Positions 1 to 7,110 of a DNA stretch of 64,000 nt are shown here, in pieces; the stretch's first letter is position 1; each line of letters begins with the position of its first letter. This DNA is from an uncultured delta proteobacterium. Lineage in GTDB: Bacteria; Desulfobacterota; Desulfobacteria; Desulfobacterales; SG8-13. The notes beneath the pieces are model-generated. The model had not been told where the DNA came from and made no database searches. It saw nothing but the letters and a program-made list of their open reading frames with translations. A program made the position numbers and the translations under genes. The stretch covers positions 25,267 through 89,266 of the forward strand of contig CAWGUE010000011.1 in the NCBI GenBank assembly GCA_963825595.1, written 5' to 3'.

Positions 1-399
1 ATAGGTGTCGGCCAGTCCGGTGTGATGTTTTTCCTGCTGTCGATCGTCATCTCCTATTCGGCCCTTTTCGAAGCCTTCCATATAGAAATGCCTTCGGTGT
101 ATACCGGGCTGGTGTTTTTTGCCCTGTTGTATTCGCCTGTCGATGTCATCACCGGCCTTATTCTCAGGGCACTGTCCCGCAAAAACGAATACCAGGCCGA
201 TCGCTTTGCCGTTGAAACGATACAGGATCCGCAAGCCATGGCGAGCGCCTTGAAGAAACTCTCGGTTCACAATTTGACCAATCTGAGACCGCATCCATTT
301 TATGTGTTCCTGAACTATTCCCATCCGCCGGTGTTGGCGCGTATCCGCGCGATCGCCCAGGAGAGCGTCCGGCGTTTGAATCCGGCTTTGGAAGCCTGA
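1..399 (+). CDS. M48 family (Ste24-like) zinc metallopeptidase, C-terminal part; 5' end outside window
   Basis: Frame 1 is open from base 1. The tail ...NEYQADRFA...FLNYSHPPVLARIRAI reproduces the conserved C-terminal NE(F/Y)QAD ... YSHPP(L/V)L(E/A)R signature of Ste24/M48A peptidases. Confidence 0.7.
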   Translation: MGVGQSGVMFFLLSIVISYSALFEAFHIEMPSVYTGLVFFALLYSPVDVITGLILRALSRKNEYQADRFAVETIQDPQAMASALKKLSVHNLTNLRPHPFYVFLNYSHPPVLARIRAIAQESVRRLNPALEA

Positions 400-403
400 A
401 ATC

Positions 404-1312
404 ATGGCATCTTATAAACGTGTGCTGATCGTGGCGGACATCGAAGGAAGTTCGGGTTGTTGGAGCTACGAGGCATCGGCCTTCAAGACCATGGCTTGGG
501 TCGGCGCTTGCGCCGCAATGACCAGAGATGTGCAAGCGGTGGTTACCGGACTGTTTGCCGGCGGTGTTCGGCAAGTGGTCGTAAAAGATTTCCATCGCAC
601 CGGTTATAACCTGCTGCCGGAGTGGATCGATCCTCGCGCCAGAGTCGTCGGTGGATACAAATTGGGTCCGGTACCGGGTATCGGAAATCCGTACGCTGCC
701 GAAGCGGTGCTATTTCTCGGACTTCATGCGGCCTCCGGTTCGGATGGTTTTCTGGCCCACACGCTCACCTCGAGGATTCAACATCTCGAGGTCAACGGTA
801 AACTGCTGCCGGAAGTCGCCCTTTTTTCGGCATCCCTGGCACCTTTCGGTGTGCGGCCGATCTTTTTCTCCGGCTGCCCGGTCGCTTGTGACCAGGCCCA
901 GAATTTCATTCCAGGAATTCATGTTTATCCGATCGACAAATGCGGCGGTCGCGATGGCTTCGCAGAGAATCAATGGCGAAAGGGTTTGGCCGCCGCCGCC
1001 ACTAATGCGCTCGAAAATTCTCGATCAGACGTCTATGACCCCAAGGGCCCATTTCATGCGACTCTGACCATGCGGGACGGAACCCATACGGCAAAAAAAA
1101 TGGCCCAACGTTGGGGGCTCGAGTGCCGGGGGGCCCAAATCAGATTCACACGAAACCGTTTTAAGACGCTCTACCGGGATTTGATCCGCATCTGTTATTT
1201 GACCCCGATGGCCGAGCGGTTGTTACCGCTGGCCCTGGCCGCCTCTAACTTACGGGGGCGGGCCGGGCTGGCCTGGCTCAGACGCCACTTAAAAAGAGCC
1301 AGCCGATCGTGA
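404..1312 (+). CDS. M55 family metallopeptidase (DppA-type D-aminopeptidase-like)
   Basis: N-terminal VLIVADIEGSSG (DxEG site), KDFH, LGLHAASGS..LAHT and EVNG..LPE blocks follow the DppA/M55 layout. It starts 5 nt after the upstream stop. Confidence 0.6.
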   Translation: MASYKRVLIVADIEGSSGCWSYEASAFKTMAWVGACAAMTRDVQAVVTGLFAGGVRQVVVKDFHRTGYNLLPEWIDPRARVVGGYKLGPVPGIGNPYAAEAVLFLGLHAASGSDGFLAHTLTSRIQHLEVNGKLLPEVALFSASLAPFGVRPIFFSGCPVACDQAQNFIPGIHVYPIDKCGGRDGFAENQWRKGLAAAATNALENSRSDVYDPKGPFHATLTMRDGTHTAKKMAQRWGLECRGAQIRFTRNRFKTLYRDLIRICYLTPMAERLLPLALAASNLRGRAGLAWLRRHLKRASRS

Positions 1313-1384
1313 ACCGCTGCGGTCAATCATATGGTGTAATCGAGAAATACACCATCCCGCTCCATAATAGGTCCGATTAACATA

Positions 1385-2512
1385 TCAGTCATCAAACAGT
1401 CGGCCCTGTGACGGATGCTTGCGATTCACAATGGAATTATCAAAGGATACCGGCCGATGTCCGGTGTCATACGTCAAGACGTCGTGCTCGACCTGCAGCG
1501 TGTTCTCAACACCCGCTAAAACGGATATAGGCTTTTGGATGATCAGCTCCGTTTCCTGACGGGTCATAACCGGGAATCCATAAAACCTGTTGCGGTGCTT
1601 GAATTCATGCCCGGCCGCGGTTTTCCGGCGGACAAAATCAAGGTGTCTCTCGAGGCGCCCGGTGAGACGTCGACAGCCGTTGGATATTGCCGCGGGTACG
1701 CTTTCCTGTATCGATTTCCAAAGGGACGGCTCCAGTTCAATGCCGATGCAGTTGCGGCCGCACACCATGGCTGCCGTCATTGTCGTGCCGACCCCGATAA
1801 ATGGGTCGAGCACGGTGTCTTCCATTAACGAAAACATGTTAATCAGGCGGAAGGGGAGTTCAAACGGAAAGGCCGCGCTTCGTCGCCTGATTTCTTTGTC
1901 CGCCAGATTCTGCGTCGTACCGACGAGATCCATCCAGATATCAGAAAACCAGTCATTGCGCTCTTCCCAGAAATAAGCACTCTGACGCCGCGTTTTGGCT
2001 CCTTCTTCCGAGAAAGACCGCTTCGATCCTTTGCGAAGTATGAGGATATGCTCATGTTCGAGGGTTACATAGGCGCCGGGGGACAGCATACCTGAGCCCA
2101 TAAACTTGGTGGGGGCATTGGTGGGTTTGTGCCACAGTATCAGCGGCAGAGCCTGAAACCCTATGGCGAGCATGCGCGAAAGGATGCGGGAATGATTGGG
2201 GTAGAGAGCGAAATCATCGCCGATGGTGCGCACGGCATCACCGATATTGATGCAAGCCATACCGCCTGGTTTGAGGACGCGCTGGACTTCAAGCCAGACC
2301 GGGTCAAGTGCCGTATGCATCAGTTCGAAGGCTGCCATCCCGCGCTGGTGCGCCAAGGCTTGGGCCACAGCGGGCTCGATGCGGCTGAACAGTTTGTCCC
2401 ACATTTGAATCATGGGATAGGGCGGTGAGGTGACGACCAGGTCGATGCTTCGGTCAGCCACACCTGTCATTTGCCTGGCATCACCAAAAATGACGTGATG
2501 GGTGGTCTGCAC
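1385..2512 (-). CDS. Site-specific DNA methyltransferase, beta-class amino-MTase (SPPY motif, probably N4-cytosine); no adjacent nuclease
   Basis: DLVVTSPPYP (motif IV) lies near the N-terminus and LDPFIGVGTT (motif I, FxGxG-type) lies about 200 residues later. This is the order typical of N-4/N-6 MTase family (PF01555-like) proteins. There is an unassigned C-terminal region of about 100 aa. Confidence 0.85.
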   Translation of the reverse strand: MQTTHHVIFGDARQMTGVADRSIDLVVTSPPYPMIQMWDKLFSRIEPAVAQALAHQRGMAAFELMHTALDPVWLEVQRVLKPGGMACINIGDAVRTIGDDFALYPNHSRILSRMLAIGFQALPLILWHKPTNAPTKFMGSGMLSPGAYVTLEHEHILILRKGSKRSFSEEGAKTRRQSAYFWEERNDWFSDIWMDLVGTTQNLADKEIRRRSAAFPFELPFRLINMFSLMEDTVLDPFIGVGTTMTAAMVCGRNCIGIELEPSLWKSIQESVPAAISNGCRRLTGRLERHLDFVRRKTAAGHEFKHRNRFYGFPVMTRQETELIIQKPISVLAGVENTLQVEHDVLTYDTGHRPVSFDNSIVNRKHPSQGRLFDD

Positions 2513-2929
2513 GGAATACGCTTCTCCTTTAGAGTTGGCACATACTTATCGGTTTACACACCCATCGTCAAACTTTCAATAAACCTGTTGAACAGCCGCA
2601 GCTGAACGGACCTGCACGCTGGTATTGCCGGTCATACCTTTCGTTCCGAAATATACGGATGCGTCCCGAGGGCTCGGGTACTGTCGTTTCTGGTCCTGAA
2701 ACCAGTGGACATAAAATCAGTAACATTGTAAAATAGTTAGATTCAAAGTTGTTAAAAGAGTCTTTTGGAGGACACATTGTACATCGGTTGTTTTATGCAA
2801 AAAACCATAAAAACATTCTCCCTCCAGGCTCACCCCTTAGGCCACCGCTATGCGGCTACCGAGGCAATTGACCAGACAAGACGCTTATCGGCTGATCTGC
2901 CGGCAAACCAAAAGGATAAATGAACGCGC

Positions 2930-4645
2930 ATGAACACGCTAGTTCCGATCGAACCCCACGGCGGGGAACTTGTCGATCTTTTAGTGGACGCAGAACGCTC
3001 CGCATTGCTTAAAAATCTGTCCCTCAATCTTCCGGACATTACCCTTACGGAGCGGCAGTTGTGCGATTTTGAACTGCTTGCCACCGGGACCTTTTCACCG
3101 CTCAGAGGCTTTATGAAGCGGCCGGATTACGAATCCGTTCTTGACCGCATGCGGCTTCAGGACAATACCCTTTGGCCCCTGCCAATTTGCCTGGACGTTT
3201 TCGAGAACACGGCCCGCTCATTAGAGGTGGGACAGTCCGTTGCGATTCGCGACCCGGAGGGATTCCTTTTGGGTCTCCTGAATGTCGAGGATCTTTGGCC
3301 GGTTGAGAAGGAGAAAGAAGCCGAGATGGTATTCGGGACGACCGATGTTGCCCATCCCGGTGTCGATTATCTCTTCAACCAAACCGGAACTTACTATGTC
3401 GGAGGCAGCCTTGAGGTTACCAGCCTGCCGCTGCACTTCGATTTTAAATCCCTGCGCTTGTCGCCTGCAGAAATTCGCCGCACGTTTCAAAAATTGGGAT
3501 GGCAACGCGTCATCGGTTTTCAAACCCGGCACCCGATCCACAGGCCCCATTTCGAAATGACCATCAAGGCCATGCGCCAGATTCGCGGCAACCTCCTGGT
3601 GCTGCCCATCGTGGGGATGTCCAAACCGGGTGACTTCGATCACTATACCCGCGTGCGCTGTTACCGATCCGTCGCCCGGCACTACCCCCCCGATTCCCTG
3701 TTGATCAATCTATTGCCGCTTTCTTCTCATCTGGCCGGACCGAAGGAGGCTCTCCTGCATGTCATTATTGCCCGCAATTTCGGTTGTCGTGACTTTATTG
3801 TCGGACATGACCATGCCGGCCCCGGTATGGACAGCAACGGTCATTGGTTTTACCAGGCTGGCGCGGCCCGCCGGTTGACGGAAGAGTATGCCGATGAAAT
3901 CGGCGTCAACGTCATTCCCTTCGAGGAGATGGTATACTTACCCTTCGAGGATGAGTTCAAGCCGGCGGATCAGGTACCTGAGGGCGCACAGCGCATTTCC
4001 CTCTCCGGCACGGATATACGGCAGCGGCTTCGACGCGGACGCAACATCCCCGAGTGGATGACGTTTCCGGAAGCCCTCGAGGAACTTCAGAAGGCTTATC
4101 CACCGCCCGCGCGACAGGGCTTCACGGTATTTTTTACCGGACTATCCGGAGCCGGCAAATCAACCATTGCCAAGATTCTTTACTCCCGCTTTCTCGAAAT
4201 CGGCGAGCGGCCGGTGACGCTGCTGGACGGTGACATTGTGCGGCTCAACCTTTCGAACAACCTCAGTTTTTCCAAGGAAGATCGGGACACCAATGTGAGA
4301 CGTATCGGCTTTGTCGCCAGTGAGATAACCAAAAATCGAGGAATAGCGATTTGCGCACCGATTGCACCATACGAGAAAACCCGCGGCGAAATTCGGTCAC
4401 GAATCGAAGCCTATGGCGGATTTATCGAAGTGCACGTCTCCACTCCTTTGTCGGTATGTGAGGGAAGGGACCGCAAGGGCATGTATGCCAAGGCGCGTGC
4501 GGGTATGATCAAAGGATTCACCGGTGTGGACGATCCCTATGAGGTTCCCCGTGCCCCCGAGCTGCGGATCGACACCACGGATTTGGCCCCCAACGATGCT
4601 GCCCAGGAAATTCTGCTCTTCCTCGGAGAAAAAGGCTATTTTTAA
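2930..4645 (+). CDS. sat: Bifunctional sulfate adenylyltransferase (ATP sulfurylase) / adenylylsulfate (APS) kinase
   Basis: Sulfurylase motifs QTRHPIHRPH and GHDHAGPG sit in the N-terminal 390 aa. The C-terminal 180 aa carries the APS-kinase P-loop FTGLSGAGKSTIA and LDGDIVR. Confidence 0.9.
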   Translation: MNTLVPIEPHGGELVDLLVDAERSALLKNLSLNLPDITLTERQLCDFELLATGTFSPLRGFMKRPDYESVLDRMRLQDNTLWPLPICLDVFENTARSLEVGQSVAIRDPEGFLLGLLNVEDLWPVEKEKEAEMVFGTTDVAHPGVDYLFNQTGTYYVGGSLEVTSLPLHFDFKSLRLSPAEIRRTFQKLGWQRVIGFQTRHPIHRPHFEMTIKAMRQIRGNLLVLPIVGMSKPGDFDHYTRVRCYRSVARHYPPDSLLINLLPLSSHLAGPKEALLHVIIARNFGCRDFIVGHDHAGPGMDSNGHWFYQAGAARRLTEEYADEIGVNVIPFEEMVYLPFEDEFKPADQVPEGAQRISLSGTDIRQRLRRGRNIPEWMTFPEALEELQKAYPPPARQGFTVFFTGLSGAGKSTIAKILYSRFLEIGERPVTLLDGDIVRLNLSNNLSFSKEDRDTNVRRIGFVASEITKNRGIAICAPIAPYEKTRGEIRSRIEAYGGFIEVHVSTPLSVCEGRDRKGMYAKARAGMIKGFTGVDDPYEVPRAPELRIDTTDLAPNDAAQEILLFLGEKGYF

Positions 4646-4649
4646 CTTT

Positions 4650-4683
4650 GTCATTTTGAAAATATGAAACGCTCAACTTGGGT
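4650..4683 (+). repeat. Interspersed 34-bp core repeat, copy a (solo arm)
   Basis: gtcattttgaaaatatgaaacgctcaacttgggt lies immediately 3' of the sat stop. Near-identical copies occur at 33777, 42908(rc), 50855(rc), 63034(rc) and 63201. Confidence 0.85.
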
Positions 4684-5331
4684 TAAAATTAATTCGGATA
4701 CGCCCTGCCATTCAAACGTGCCCGCTTGCACTGCTGATCATTCCCTCCACTCTGGGTAAGTCTTTGCGAGAAATACTAGCCAACCCTTCAAGTATTTAAG
4801 AGAAAAATTACCCGAGCCCTCGATTAAAATCATCTTCAAGCCAGCCCCCGTTAGCCCGCATTTTTCACGAGCCGCAGTCGTTCATTTGCAAAACGCACCC
4901 GATCCCTTGAATGATCAGACGTGCCATCCCGCATAGCGTGGGCATTCTTGGACGTAGCGTTACTTGAGTACCCGGCAAGCCCCCGAAGACTCACCGAAGT
5001 ACATATAAACAGACGAGAAGTCCAGCTTTGCTGGGAAACGCCGCAAGTGAGCGAATACAACTCGCCCCACGAGTGATTTTTAGCATTTTTACCCGATCGT
5101 TAGGGCAAAAAATGTACACCGATATCATGTTCTTAACGGAAGTGATTACAAAAACGAAATTGCTATTTCACTGATCCGATCGCAATTGTTTGTTTGGTAA
5201 TCGGAAGCGACTGCGTGATCACAAAAATAAAATCAAAAGCGCCTAATTCTTATTAAAGTTATTTTGAAGTTAACCGATATCTATTGATGTCACCAATAGT
5301 AAAAACAAGGAGGAGGCAAAAACCGGATCTC

Positions 5332-5347
5332 TGGCACTGAAATTGCT
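5332..5347 (+). promoter_or_regulatory. Sigma-54 (RpoN) -24/-12 promoter candidate upstream of giant adhesin gene
   Basis: TGGCAC-tgaaa-TTGCT is an exact match to the TGGCAC-N5-TTGCW consensus (GG at 5333-5334, GC at 5345-5346). It lies in an AT-rich intergenic region about 280 nt upstream of the ATG at 5626. Confidence 0.6.
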
Positions 5348-5625
5348 GATAGTCCTTGTAATAAGAGATCCCGCCATTTTTTCACAAACCACTCGAAAAC
5401 GGCAAACTACTTGAAAAAGTATTACGCAAAGCCGCTGGCCTAAGTCCCTGAGTAGATGGATATGGTAGCAGGGTTGCCGAGCAAAGACGTGCCATCTCTC
5501 GATGCACCTTTTTGTGCGGTGACGGTTTCATTGAGAGATGTCATGCAAGAAAATTCTATCTTCCATAGGCTAAGTAGCGGCCTGCTGTTGTCTTTCGATT
5601 GTTTTTATCATGCAGGTCGCGCGTT

Positions 5626-6309
5626 ATGCCGCTGAAGAAAATCAAGTCGATACGATGGGCTGATCGGATCTGGGCCGCCTTTAGCGCGCTTGTGCTGCTG
5701 CTGGCTGCAGATACGGCATTTGCTGCGCCTTGCGACATCCGACCTGCCGCCCCTGCCATCATCCGCCACGATCTGAGCACCAGTTACTGCGAGCTGTGCA
5801 GTTACGGCTACGTCACCATCGTCATAACCAATCCCTACGAGGGGGCGGATATGACGGGCATGACGGTGGTGGAGAATCTTGTTAATCCTGGACTGACCTT
5901 CCACAACGACCCTTCCGTGCCGGTAACCGTCAGCATCAACGGCGGCCCTGCCTGGCCTACCGGGGACCCGACCGTCATCGGTTCCACATTGACCTGGACA
6001 CCGAGTGAGATACCAGAGCTCGGTGGCCCTCTGGCGTATCGGCAGCCCTTGCCAAGCAGCTACCAGACCATCGCCATCACCTTCCCGGTGACGCGCCCTT
6101 CAGGCAACCAGGAGGGGCTGGTCGGCGCTGACCGCGATATCCAGGCACGACTCACTTACAGCACCGAAGACGCGACCGTTCCGCACGGCCTAATCCGCCA
6201 TGCCCTGGAAATCCCCAACGGTAACCACCTCGGTAGACGAACTGCCGCTGCGCGAACCGTTCCCTGCGGTATTCAAGAGGGGCCGCAATGTGGATGCGGG
6301 GCAGGATGA
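5626..6309 (+). CDS. Giant DUF11-repeat surface protein, N-terminal fragment with Sec signal peptide (frame 1; frame lost near 6195)
   Basis: MPLKKIKSIRWADRIWAAFSALVLLLAADTAFAAP looks like a signal peptide. The sense text stops making domain-like sequence after about 6195 and continues in frame 2 (TVTTSVDELPLREP...). Confidence 0.6.
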   Translation: MPLKKIKSIRWADRIWAAFSALVLLLAADTAFAAPCDIRPAAPAIIRHDLSTSYCELCSYGYVTIVITNPYEGADMTGMTVVENLVNPGLTFHNDPSVPVTVSINGGPAWPTGDPTVIGSTLTWTPSEIPELGGPLAYRQPLPSSYQTIAITFPVTRPSGNQEGLVGADRDIQARLTYSTEDATVPHGLIRHALEIPNGNHLGRRTAAARTVPCGIQEGPQCGCGAG

Positions 6310-7110
6310 AGGAGAGTACCGCCAGACCGTCTATGGCAACGTCAAGGACGATGTGATTTGGCGCATCCAGGTACAAAATGACGGCACGGCCAACCTGCAG
6401 GATCTGCGTCTGGACGACATGATGGAATCCGGTAATATCGACATCAACTACATCTGTCCGTCGATAGCCGCAGCCGACGAAATTGCTGACACCAACAATG
6501 GGTCGGTCCGTCGACCATGGGGTGCCTTTCCGCAGGTAACAGTATCAACAATTTCGATGTAGACTACCCCTTCGGCAATCCCGCAATACCTCTGCATGAC
6601 CCGGTGGATGTGCCCCAGGATGATACCCCGCATTCTCTACCTGGTGGGCAAGATCCCAGACGCATCGCCCAACGGGTCCTGTGAAACCGACCGAGAAGAC
6701 AACACCGTTTCCGACATCCAGTGGGGCTGTCAGTCCGAACCCACCCCGGCCGGCGGCATCGCCGCTACTTCGACAGGGCTAACACCGCCAGTGCCTCGGC
6801 CACCTTAAGCACCTTTCCGACGACCAATTTAACGATCCCACGTCAGAATTATCGGTTCGGAAGTAACCCTGTCACCGGTACCAAGGGCAGGGTCGAATCA
6901 CCATCACCAACAATACCGGCGGTACGGTCACAGAATCTCCAGACTTCAAAATGTATCTTCCTCCGGAGTATGTGATGGATTCCACGTTTACTCCGACGGT
7001 CAGCATGGACCCGGCGTACGGTTCCTACGATGGTATGATCGATCAAATCACATGGACCAATCCAGTTGCCGGTACCTTTCCGAATCAGTCGAGCAACAAT
7101 CCATACCGAT
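6194..7110 (+). pseudogene. Frame-scrambled segment of the giant adhesin gene (about six frame changes)
   Basis: Coherent adhesin-like text can only be followed by switching frames near 6195 (f1>f2), 6520 (f2>f1), 6635 (f1>f2), 6785 (f2>f1), 6888 (f1>f3) and 7105 (f3>f1). Examples are ...PVTGTKG|GRITITNNTGGTV... and ...NNPY|TDFLNNTEPRFTL... Confidence 0.55.

Noticed and set aside
2536-2550. TGGCAC-atact-tatc upstream of sat as a sigma-54 promoter.
   Set aside because: Only the -24 half matches. The -12 position has TC instead of GC.
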